Virus record (IMG/VR): IMGVR_UViG_3300043218_000070
Coordinates: 1 to 37,534 of that record
Source: a virus
Taxonomy: Duplodnaviria > Caudoviricetes
DNA length: 37,534 bases
Strand: one strand, 5' to 3'
Numbering within the stretch: position 1 is the stretch's first letter; every line of letters begins with the position of its first letter. Positions 16,164 through 23,457 of the stretch are shown one piece after another. A model generated the notes under the pieces. The model did not search any database and was not told the DNA's origin. It saw nothing but the letters and a program-made list of their open reading frames with translations. A program made the translations under genes and the position numbers.

Positions 16164-16678
16164 TACGATTTCCTTTCAAAATTAACACACATAGGGTTCT
16201 CAATACCATTAATAAAATCATCACCACAATAACCGTATCCGCCTACCTCTGGATTATACAAAGAACAAACAGAACAAGAGTCTTTATGTTTTAATGTCTT
16301 AGTGTCTTTATATGGTGCCCCTGCTAGACCCTTGCTAGACCCCGTGCCTGACCCCTGCTTGTCCCCTTGGTTGACCCTTTTTCGTGACAGGCTTATTAAC
16401 TTGAAATGAGGGGCTTCATATTGATTCGTTGACTTGGTGTACTCTATCAATCCCGACTCAACAAGAACCTTTACAGCGTTGTAATAAGTCTCTCTTTTCG
16501 ATATCTTAGCGCCATTCATCGCAATGTCACGGGGAACCGTAAACCACTCTGGCCATCTCTGCCGATTTGCTTGATTAACCAAAAACCAATATAAGGCAGA
16601 ATGTTGAGCCTTCATCTTTGGATTAGACCAGATCTTTTCGTAAAAAGCGGCCAATTGATTATATACATTTATCTGCAC
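16163..16678 (-). CDS. Replication initiator / replisome organiser (N-terminal winged helix)
   Basis: ALYWFL...N...W.EWF......ISKRETYYNA...LVESGLIEY; low-complexity iteron linker; Cys tail. Confidence 0.72.
   Translation of the reverse strand: MQINVYNQLAAFYEKIWSNPKMKAQHSALYWFLVNQANRQRWPEWFTVPRDIAMNGAKISKRETYYNAVKVLVESGLIEYTKSTNQYEAPHFKLISLSRKRVNQGDKQGSGTGSSKGLAGAPYKDTKTLKHKDSCSVCSLYNPEVGGYGYCGDDFINGIENPMCVNFERKS
16318..16387. repeat. Iteron-like repeats (putative origin) inside the initiator gene
   Basis: CCCCTGCTAGA, CCCTTGCTAGA, CCCCGTGCCTGA, CCCCTGCTTGT, CCCCTTGGTTGA; 11-12 bp period. Confidence 0.65.
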
Positions 16679-16692
16679 TATTTAAACCTAAA

Positions 16693-16795
16693 TACAGAAA
16701 ACGCCAATTGTGGAGGTCTCGCAAAAGATACAATTGGGCTTACATTTCTGTAATAAAAAATTTTAAGATAATTGGGTTGCGAGACCTTATCTTAA
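16693..16795 (-). ncRNA. Structured initiator leader: two hairpins with complementary loops
   Basis: AGGTCTCGCAA (16714-16724) and TTGCGAGACCT (16777-16787) lie in the loops of separate stems. Confidence 0.7.
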
Positions 16796-16799
16796 TCTC

Positions 16800-16828
16800 A
16801 TATTAACAACATGAAAAGTTGCTGTCAA
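16800..16828 (-). promoter_or_regulatory. Sigma70 promoter of the initiator operon
   Basis: TTGACA-17 bp-TAATAT. Confidence 0.75.
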
Positions 16829-16835
16829 GGGTTAT

Positions 16836-17039
16836 TTAACATTTCTTATATTTTAAACATTCTTCAAATCCGCAATCATCAGATTCAATATAGTACTCTT
16901 CAAACCCATCGCCAATTTCAAAACCGTTAAGACTTTTAATTGAAAAATCATTTTCTACAAGTAACTTATAAAGCTGTTGTATTGCTTCTGGGTGATCTGA
17001 AACATCTCTTGACACATCCTTTAAAGTTGAACTACTCAT
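16836..17039 (-). CDS. Hypothetical protein
   Basis: 67 aa in the packed array. Confidence 0.55.
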   Translation of the reverse strand: MSSSTLKDVSRDVSDHPEAIQQLYKLLVENDFSIKSLNGFEIGDGFEEYYIESDDCGFEECLKYKKC

Positions 17040-17041
17040 CC

Positions 17042-17197
17042 TTAACCCCCTTCATTATTCGGAAATATTTGACGCCTACCACAATTCCTACATTTCCACT
17101 TACCAGTATACTCAAATTGAGCGCCTTCAATCGGATAGTATAAATGTAACCCGATTCCACAAAGTGCGGTTTTAATTATTCGCTTTAGTTTTATCAT
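17042..17197 (-). CDS. Small Zn-ribbon protein, not in ORF track
   Basis: 51 aa LCGIGLH...WKCRNCG; AAGGA RBS; ATGA overlap. Confidence 0.6.
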   Translation of the reverse strand: MIKLKRIIKTALCGIGLHLYYPIEGAQFEYTGKWKCRNCGRRQIFPNNEGG

Positions 17198-17646
17198 TTG
17201 GTAATTCCTTCTTTAAGTTTTGCATTCTCAAACCTAATAATACCGAATCTAGTAGGGTTTGTTTCACCATATCTTTTTACAGAATACATTGCAGCGTCAT
17301 ATTCATATATATGATCAATAACACCCTCTTTAATTTCTGTACCGATCGGGAAAGGAGGTTGTATATCGTTTTCATCAAACCATTTCTTACGCTCTATTTT
17401 CATTTCCGCATCAACATAAGTTGACACACAATCAAGTTCTTCAACCTTTCCTGCGTCAACACTCCACCCGCAATAGCCCTCTAAATCTTTAGCTAAATCA
17501 TAACCGTCAGATGCTTGCGAATAATGCTCTGCTATTTCTTCAACTTCTGATTCAGAATATTCATTAACATGATACATTTGACCTTCAGCGAATTTTTTAC
17601 ACGCCTTGAGTTTTATTTTCATTGATAACACTGGTGGCTTAATCAC
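17194..17646 (-). CDS. Hypothetical protein
   Basis: 150 aa, coupled to neighbours. Confidence 0.65.
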   Translation of the reverse strand: MIKPPVLSMKIKLKACKKFAEGQMYHVNEYSESEVEEIAEHYSQASDGYDLAKDLEGYCGWSVDAGKVEELDCVSTYVDAEMKIERKKWFDENDIQPPFPIGTEIKEGVIDHIYEYDAAMYSVKRYGETNPTRFGIIRFENAKLKEGITK

Positions 17647-17873
17647 TTTTTTACCCCTTTAGTAATTTTATACAATCCTCTTTGGATCTTTTCAATTGCA
17701 CCCATGGTTATAAGTTTTTCAATTGCAGGATATACACCTTCACCAAGTTTATTTCTGATATCCTTTGACTTAACCTCTCCACCTCTTGAATCTCTAATCA
17801 TAGACCATACTGCTTTTTCAGTCTCTCTATCCAATCTATTCTCTACCTGACTATAAGTCTTAACTTGTTCCAT
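17643..17873 (-). CDS. Winged-helix DNA-binding protein, first gene of the left arm
   Basis: KSKDIRNKLGEGVYPAIEKLITMGAIEKIQRGLYKI. Confidence 0.7.
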   Translation of the reverse strand: MEQVKTYSQVENRLDRETEKAVWSMIRDSRGGEVKSKDIRNKLGEGVYPAIEKLITMGAIEKIQRGLYKITKGVKK

Positions 17874-17903
17874 TTTTAACCTTTCGTTGTGTTTGATAGT
17901 TAA

Positions 17904-17932
17904 AGTATATTTAATGTTTGTTTAATTGTCAA
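17904..17932 (-). promoter_or_regulatory. Leftward early sigma70 promoter
   Basis: TTGACA-17 bp-TATACT. Confidence 0.85.
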
Positions 17933-17977
17933 GCGGTACCGATTTAAAAGTTATTCTACTTTTATTTAATATTTATC

Positions 17978-18006
17978 TTGACAACCCCAAACCCTTTTCA
18001 TATTAT
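17978..18006 (+). promoter_or_regulatory. Rightward early sigma70 promoter
   Basis: TTGACA-17 bp-TATTAT. Confidence 0.85.
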
Positions 18007-18038
18007 TAAGGAACACTAATTAATTAAGGATCGACAGG

Positions 18039-18263
18039 ATGATATTGAAAACCACAAAAATAATTAAGCAGGAATTCCAGTTCCTATTAAATGAAGAAGA
18101 GCTTAATGCTATAATCAAAAACCATTTCAAAGAAAGATACTCTGAATGTGGATGCGGTATTAATTATGAGTGCAGCAATCAGGGTTACTTTAAGAATGTT
18201 GAGGTTACATTTATTGAATCTTCTACAGATTGCGAAACAGACATTAACTTAGAGGTTGAGTAA
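18039..18263 (+). CDS. Hypothetical protein, first gene of the right arm
   Basis: AAGGATCGAC RBS. Confidence 0.65.
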   Translation: MILKTTKIIKQEFQFLLNEEELNAIIKNHFKERYSECGCGINYECSNQGYFKNVEVTFIESSTDCETDINLEVE

Positions 18264-18366
18264 ATGAAACTCACAGACTTCAACAACCTACCCCCAAGAG
18301 ATCAACGAGTTATAGCGTCTCTTTGCTTTGGGGCGGTTTCACGGTATATAAAGGTAAGGGTTTAAC

Positions 18367-18585
18367 ATGAATTATAATGGTAAAATTTATGGTAAAATCG
18401 GAAGAAAGTATTTTGACACTGGAAGAACTTCTATTGAGTTTGATGCAATGGAAAAAGAACTCGCCGACCTTAAGGTATTTAAAGAGTTTGTTTTAAATGG
18501 TGTTGATGCAAAATCAGCCATGAAGATAATAGAGAAAAAAGGCTCCGATAACATTAAATTTATAGACAAAAAGGATCAGCCATGA
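18367..18585 (+). CDS. Hypothetical protein
   Basis: 72 aa, ATGA-coupled to the next gene. Confidence 0.6.
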   Translation: MNYNGKIYGKIGRKYFDTGRTSIEFDAMEKELADLKVFKEFVLNGVDAKSAMKIIEKKGSDNIKFIDKKDQP

Positions 18586-19115
18586 CAGAGAAAAAAACAC
18601 ACTGGAGAAGTTCAAAGAATCAAGACTACCTCGGGGCGTTTAGTCTTGCCCCAGAGTATAAAGATGTAGTACTCACTATTGACCATGCCGTGAAAGACGT
18701 TAAGGTAAAAAGTGCTCAAGGTACTAATTACTGTGTAGTAGCCCATTTTGTAGAACAGGCCGAATGGATTAAGCCAATGGTTATGAATGTAGGTAATAGT
18801 AAGATAATCGAGAAGTTTGCTAAGTCTGAATTTATCCAGGATTGGAGAGGCATTAAGATACAGATTTATGTTGGTAGGCATAACGGTGAACGGTGTTTAA
18901 GATTGAGAGAGGTTGCACCAAGAACGGAATTACCAGATCTTCTACCTAACACGGAGGCATGGACTAACGGTATACTACACATGTGCAATGGCGTTACAAT
19001 CGAAAAGGTTGAAACCATGTACAAATTATCACCTGAAAATAAAGTTCAATTAATTAAAGAATTTTCTGAGAAGAAAGTTGAAACTACACAAAACGGAGAA
19101 AACAAAGATGTTTAA
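18582..19115 (+). CDS. Putative ssDNA-binding/annealing partner of the exonuclease
   Basis: THW....DYLGAFSL...KPMVMN..N.K.I......IQDW.G.KIQIY conserved phage family; next to YqaJ. Confidence 0.5.
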   Translation: MTEKKTHWRSSKNQDYLGAFSLAPEYKDVVLTIDHAVKDVKVKSAQGTNYCVVAHFVEQAEWIKPMVMNVGNSKIIEKFAKSEFIQDWRGIKIQIYVGRHNGERCLRLREVAPRTELPDLLPNTEAWTNGILHMCNGVTIEKVETMYKLSPENKVQLIKEFSEKKVETTQNGENKDV

Positions 19116-19773
19116 ATCAATACATCCAGAATCAGCAAGAAAGTTCCACGACATAGAGCAGAATACAGATGAATGGCTTGGCCATAGGGCTAAGAAAGTA
19201 ACTGGCACATCTTTCGGTACTCTCTTATCTAAGAAAGACTCACTGGGCTATACAGGTACAATCAAACGAATAGCCGTCGAGACTCTTTCTGGCGAACCAG
19301 TAGAAACAGAGTTTTACGGGAACAAGACGACAGAGAGAGGTAGCAACCTTGAGCCGTTAGCAATAATTGAGTATGAAAGCTTAATGTTCTGTGAGGTCAA
19401 CAATGGGGGCTTCTTTGAATTCACTAATTTTGTAGGAGTATCACCAGACGGCCATTATCACAGAGGCAATGAGTTTATAGGTGTTGAGGCTAAATGTCCC
19501 GAATACAAAAAGTTCATTGAATACCTGCTTAACCCTGAATTACTGGTTGAGGACTATTACACACAGGTTCAAGGTGAGATATATGGGGCTGGCTTCGACT
19601 GTGTTGACTTGTTCGCCTATTACCCAGGATATAAGCTGGTTAAAGTCAGAGTGTACCCAGATGAAAAGTTCTTGTTTAAACTTGAGAACGAAATTGAATT
19701 AGCAAAAGAAGAAGTAAACAAATTAATCGAAACACTTAAAAAACATCAAATTAATTACAAAGAGGAAGTATAA
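19108..19773 (+). CDS. YqaJ / lambda exonuclease-like recombination nuclease
   Basis: EQNTDEWLGHR..VTGT, RG..LEP.A, GVSPDG, EAKCP, YYTQVQG; ATG 19108 with GGAG RBS. Confidence 0.92.
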   Translation: MFKSIHPESARKFHDIEQNTDEWLGHRAKKVTGTSFGTLLSKKDSLGYTGTIKRIAVETLSGEPVETEFYGNKTTERGSNLEPLAIIEYESLMFCEVNNGGFFEFTNFVGVSPDGHYHRGNEFIGVEAKCPEYKKFIEYLLNPELLVEDYYTQVQGEIYGAGFDCVDLFAYYPGYKLVKVRVYPDEKFLFKLENEIELAKEEVNKLIETLKKHQINYKEEV

Positions 19774-19776
19774 ATT

Positions 19777-21021
19777 ATGACACAAGAAATCGAAGTAACA
19801 GAAGAAGTCAAGACAGGTGAGCTTACAGTGCAGAACTACGAGATAGTTGGGTTTGATGAGTCGATCATCCCAGTTAACCGAGTAGCAGAGTTGAAAGAAA
19901 AGTTCGTTCCAATGCTGCAAACTTTTGAGACTCATAACGAGAATAGAGAGGCTATACTTGAAGAGTTTAAGCAGTACACAGAGTCAGGAACCGCCGCACC
20001 TAAAGAGTTAATTGCTAGAGCAAAACGTCACCGCTTAGATATCGGAAAGATACGGGTTGCTATTGAGAAAGGCAGAAAAGCAACTAATGATGAAATAAAT
20101 AAGCAAAAGTCCGGTACAGACGCTTTGTGTAAGTTCATCAGCGAATACATCGTAAAAGATGAAAAAGAGATGGCCGCAAAAGAGGCTCATAACGATAAGA
20201 TTGAAGCTGATCGACTCAAAATAGTACAGGATGAACGCTCAAAGCTCGCTCTGGAACATGGCTTTACTGAAGATACTGATTTTTCCGGAATGGCTCAAAC
20301 TGTTTTTGATAGTATTATTGCTGGACTCAAAGCGACACGTAAAGAAGAGGAAGAGGCCAAGCTTAAAGGTGATTTGCGTATCAGTCGTCAAACTGAGTGC
20401 TTAAACCTTGTTGAGTTCGTTGAGCACTATGATGCAATTGACTTGGCGGAACTGGACGATGTTGCCTATAATTACCTTAAGAGTGAAGCTGAGAAGAAAA
20501 AACTTGAACGTGAAGAGTCAATTAAGGCTGAGAAAGAAACTGCACGTCTGGCAAAAATTGAGGCCGATAGAATACAGGAAGAAACTAGACTCGAAAACGA
20601 ACGACTCAAAGCTGAAAAGGAAGAGTCTGAAAAGGTAGAAGCCGCCCGTATTAAAAAAGAAGAGATCGCCCAGAAAAAGCGTGACGATGAGAAAGACGAA
20701 TCAGACCGTAAAGCAAGGCTGCAGAAGTTAGCAAAGGAGAAATCCGATACTGATGCCGCCCAAGCTGTTAAGGACAAAGAGGCGGCAGAACAGCGGGAGC
20801 GTGACGCAATAGCTGAGACTGAGCGCTTAAAACAGGAAAAGATTGACGCGGACTTAAGGCATGTTGAGGAAATCAAGTCTCTCACTAAAGCTTGTTCTAA
20901 AATTACAGTAGAGCAACTTGAACGGGCGCACGATGAAGGTAAAACTGTTTTCGTAAAAGTCGTATCAATTGAATTTATTGAGGGACAGGCCGGAATATTT
21001 ATACAAAGTTCAGATAATTAA
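19777..21021 (+). CDS. Long coiled-coil protein of the recombination module
   Basis: 414 aa, E/K/R/A-rich; GAGGA RBS. Confidence 0.7.
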   Translation: MTQEIEVTEEVKTGELTVQNYEIVGFDESIIPVNRVAELKEKFVPMLQTFETHNENREAILEEFKQYTESGTAAPKELIARAKRHRLDIGKIRVAIEKGRKATNDEINKQKSGTDALCKFISEYIVKDEKEMAAKEAHNDKIEADRLKIVQDERSKLALEHGFTEDTDFSGMAQTVFDSIIAGLKATRKEEEEAKLKGDLRISRQTECLNLVEFVEHYDAIDLAELDDVAYNYLKSEAEKKKLEREESIKAEKETARLAKIEADRIQEETRLENERLKAEKEESEKVEAARIKKEEIAQKKRDDEKDESDRKARLQKLAKEKSDTDAAQAVKDKEAAEQRERDAIAETERLKQEKIDADLRHVEEIKSLTKACSKITVEQLERAHDEGKTVFVKVVSIEFIEGQAGIFIQSSDN

Positions 21022-21028
21022 ATTACAT

Positions 21029-21156
21029 TATGGGTAAGGATCAATAGCACACCCATATAATTTTATAAACGAGTAATACAATCTAGTCTATGCCGCTTCT
21101 CCTCTCGCGGCAAATCTTTCTGTTGATCCTTTTCGATTGACTGGATTGTGTTACTC
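21029..21156 (+). ncRNA. Candidate regulatory RNA: decoy hairpin plus three-way junction with two anti-SD loops
   Basis: TATGGGT/ACCCATA stem; 18-bp stem 21071-21088/21139-21156 with two G-U pairs; inner TGCCGC/GCGGCA and AATC/GATT stems. Confidence 0.72.
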
Positions 21157-21173
21157 TATTTAAAGGATCGACT

Positions 21174-21602
21174 ATGAAATACAGAAAGAAACCAGTAGTG
21201 ATTGAAGCTGTTGAATGGACGGGTGAAAACCACAGAGAAATGTTTAACTTTTTAACAGGTAAAACAGAAGAATATATTGCTTCAAGTGATGATCAGTTTT
21301 ACATAGATCACTCTCAAGTGAAGGGCGGGTTAATATTAAAAACGCTTGAAGGTGAACATATAGCGTCAATAGGTGATATGGTGATAAAAGGCATATCTGG
21401 TGAGTTCTACCCGTGTAAGCCCGATATATTTGAGCTAACATACGAATCGGTTGTCAATGAAGAGAAGCGATGCCAATTTTGTGGTGGTGAAGAAAGTGAA
21501 GATGCTATGATTAAAATAGATCACGAAGACATGGATGAGACTATTTATTTTTGTGGGGAATCTTGCGTTTCCGATTGCGAGAAAGAGGGTGGATTTAGGT
21601 AA
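21174..21602 (+). CDS. Conserved phage protein (PGDYG-like) fused to a TRASH/YHS-like Cys domain
   Basis: YRKKPVVIEAV...TLEG...GD..IKG..GEFYPCKPDIF..TYE; then CQFCG...IYFCGESC. Confidence 0.7.
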   Translation: MKYRKKPVVIEAVEWTGENHREMFNFLTGKTEEYIASSDDQFYIDHSQVKGGLILKTLEGEHIASIGDMVIKGISGEFYPCKPDIFELTYESVVNEEKRCQFCGGEESEDAMIKIDHEDMDETIYFCGESCVSDCEKEGGFR

Positions 21603-21620
21603 CTAAACAAATACGACAAC

Positions 21621-21666
21621 CTTCCCTTTAATCGAAAGCTAAGACGGTTTTGGGGGAGTGTTTTAT
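21621..21666 (+). terminator. Imperfect hairpin, possible terminator or processing stem
   Basis: CTTCCC..AATCG/CGGTT..GGGGAG followed by TGTTTTAT. Confidence 0.4.
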
Positions 21667-21674
21667 AAAATGTA

Positions 21675-21750
21675 TGTAGATCAGCTCAGGTCTGGAAGAG
21701 CGATCACCATCGGGGTGATATGAGTGGGTGTTCGAATCGCCCATCTACAT
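21675..21750 (+). tRNA. Atypical tRNA cloverleaf, nominal anticodon UCG (Arg); no encoded CCA
   Basis: Acceptor TGTAGAT/ATCTACA; D stem GCTC/GAGC; ATCAC-CATCGGG-GTGAT; GGGTG-TTCGAAT-CGCCC; C8 and A33 non-canonical. Confidence 0.7.
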
Positions 21751-21770
21751 TTTAACACAAACAACAAAGT

Positions 21771-21862
21771 TTGTGAGTAAAGCGGAAATAAGTGTAGACA
21801 ACGCCTCTCATTGAAGCGCACCGGATAGTTACCTCCGGCCTGTACTAGTCAGGCACTCACAA
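21771..21862 (+). ncRNA. Degenerate class II tRNA-like fold
   Basis: Outer TTGTGAGT/ACTCACAA; CCGGA/TCCGG arm; GCCTG-TACTAGT-CAGGC (5 bp + 7 nt) T-like arm. Confidence 0.5.
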
Positions 21863-21890
21863 TTTTAACATTAACAAAAAGGATCGACGC

Positions 21891-22934
21891 GTGAAAGAGC
21901 ACATAAAAGACAACATGAAACTATACAATCGTGACTGCATGGAGGGTATGGCAGAATTAGAGGATAAAAGCCAGCACCTTATTATTGTTGATCCTCCATA
22001 TTTTGAGGTTAAGGGCGACTTTGATTTCCAGTGGGGGTCCTTTGAAGAGTATTTAAAGGATGTTGAAAAGTGGGCGATCGAGATGAAGCGTATTTTAGCG
22101 GATAATGGAACTCTTCTATGGTGGGGGAATACTAAGAAAATAGCTTATACCCAAATTATACTTGATAAATACTTCAGCCTTGAAAATTCAATGGTATGGA
22201 GAAAGATAGATTCAATGCAATATCAATATTATAGTGTAGATTTGTCACGCTCATTTAATACACATACAGAGCGGATTCTAATGTATTCAAACGAACGAGA
22301 ATCATTAGAATGTAATAAAACTGGATTGGAGCAAATTATAGATGAATATATAAAGCCAAATCACCCGTTTGCAATATATATGAGAGATGAGTTTAAGAGA
22401 GCTAAAGTTTCAAATAAGGAAATAGCCAAGTTATTCCCAAGTAAAACAGGCGGCTTGACTGGATGCGTATCAAATTGGCTAAATGGTGATAATACACCAA
22501 CAGAAGAACAGTATCTTAAAATGCGATCGTTTTTGAATAATGAATACTTACGTAAGGAATATGAATACTTACGTAAGGAATATGAAGAGTTACGTAAGGA
22601 ATATGAATACTTACGTAAGGAATATGAAGAGTTTAGAAGATTTTTTAATAACACGATGAAGCTTGAAGATGTTTTGGAGTTCAGTCAACAATCAAGTGTT
22701 ACGTCTAAATTTTCTCACCCAACACAAAAACCACCTGTTTTATGTAAATCAATTATTACTACTTGCTCAAAAAAAGGACAAAATATGCTTGTCCCTTTTA
22801 TTGGGTCAGGAGTTGAAGTATCACAAGGGGTTCAGTTAGGGTTAAATGTAACGGGCTTTGAAATAGATGAAAAATACTTTAAAGATAGCATAGAACGAAT
22901 AGAGCAAGAAACGGCTCAAATATCAATGTTTTAA
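21891..22934 (+). CDS. Orphan amino (N6A/N4C) DNA methyltransferase, beta class, with HTH and heptad-repeat insert
   Basis: IVDPPY motif IV at N-terminus; HPTQKP...LVPFIGSG motif I at C-terminus; no adjacent nuclease. Confidence 0.92.
   Translation: MKEHIKDNMKLYNRDCMEGMAELEDKSQHLIIVDPPYFEVKGDFDFQWGSFEEYLKDVEKWAIEMKRILADNGTLLWWGNTKKIAYTQIILDKYFSLENSMVWRKIDSMQYQYYSVDLSRSFNTHTERILMYSNERESLECNKTGLEQIIDEYIKPNHPFAIYMRDEFKRAKVSNKEIAKLFPSKTGGLTGCVSNWLNGDNTPTEEQYLKMRSFLNNEYLRKEYEYLRKEYEELRKEYEYLRKEYEEFRRFFNNTMKLEDVLEFSQQSSVTSKFSHPTQKPPVLCKSIITTCSKKGQNMLVPFIGSGVEVSQGVQLGLNVTGFEIDEKYFKDSIERIEQETAQISMF
22540..22633 (+). repeat. 21-bp tandem repeat (about 4.5 units) encoding EYLRKEY/EELRKEY
   Basis: ATGAA(TAC/GAG)TTACGTAAGGAAT x4 plus a partial unit. 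Confidence 0.95.
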
Positions 22935-22947
22935 AAAGGATCAACAC

Positions 22948-23457
22948 ATGAAAAACAAACTAAAACAAATACTAACCGGCCTAAAATACGTAATCGATAC
23001 GTCAAATAGTCAGGGCTGTTCAGTAAAGTTAAACCAGAAACTAGATAGCCATCGTTTCGGTGAGCTGATTGAGTATAACTTTGCGAAGTATAGCAAGTCG
23101 GGAACTCACAGGTACAATGTTAACCCGTCAGTTGATAAGTCGGCTTCGGAGTTGGAGCATTTCGATTTTGCGTCTGATAGATTTGTGCTTGAGGATCTAT
23201 TCGGATTAGTACTTGAGCATATCGATATACGTGAACTCAACCACCTAACTGAGTTCGTAATAGTTCTGAATAGTCGTGAACTGATGGACGATGCAGAAGA
23301 CCACGATAAGGATATTGAGGGCGTTCACTGGGCTTGGGATTACATACAGAGTACATTTGCTGGGGTGTATGAGAAAGGTAAGGAGCTGGAGCCTCAGAGG
23401 GTTTATGAGGTTGAAGATGGTAAGCTGCATTGTCATTTTCGTCTTTTGGAGGTGTAA
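22948..23457 (+). CDS. Hypothetical protein
   Basis: AAAAAGGATCAACAC RBS; 169 aa. Confidence 0.7.
   Translation: MKNKLKQILTGLKYVIDTSNSQGCSVKLNQKLDSHRFGELIEYNFAKYSKSGTHRYNVNPSVDKSASELEHFDFASDRFVLEDLFGLVLEHIDIRELNHLTEFVIVLNSRELMDDAEDHDKDIEGVHWAWDYIQSTFAGVYEKGKELEPQRVYEVEDGKLHCHFRLLEV

Noticed and set aside
21097-21134. Minus-strand reading as a CsrA/RsmA sponge (GGA in loops)
   Set aside because: The G-U pairs of the long stem work only on the + strand, which is also the operon direction; not fully excluded
22540-22633. Palindrome-containing 21-bp repeats as a CRISPR array
   Set aside because: Head-to-tail with no spacers, in frame inside the methyltransferase, and no cas genes
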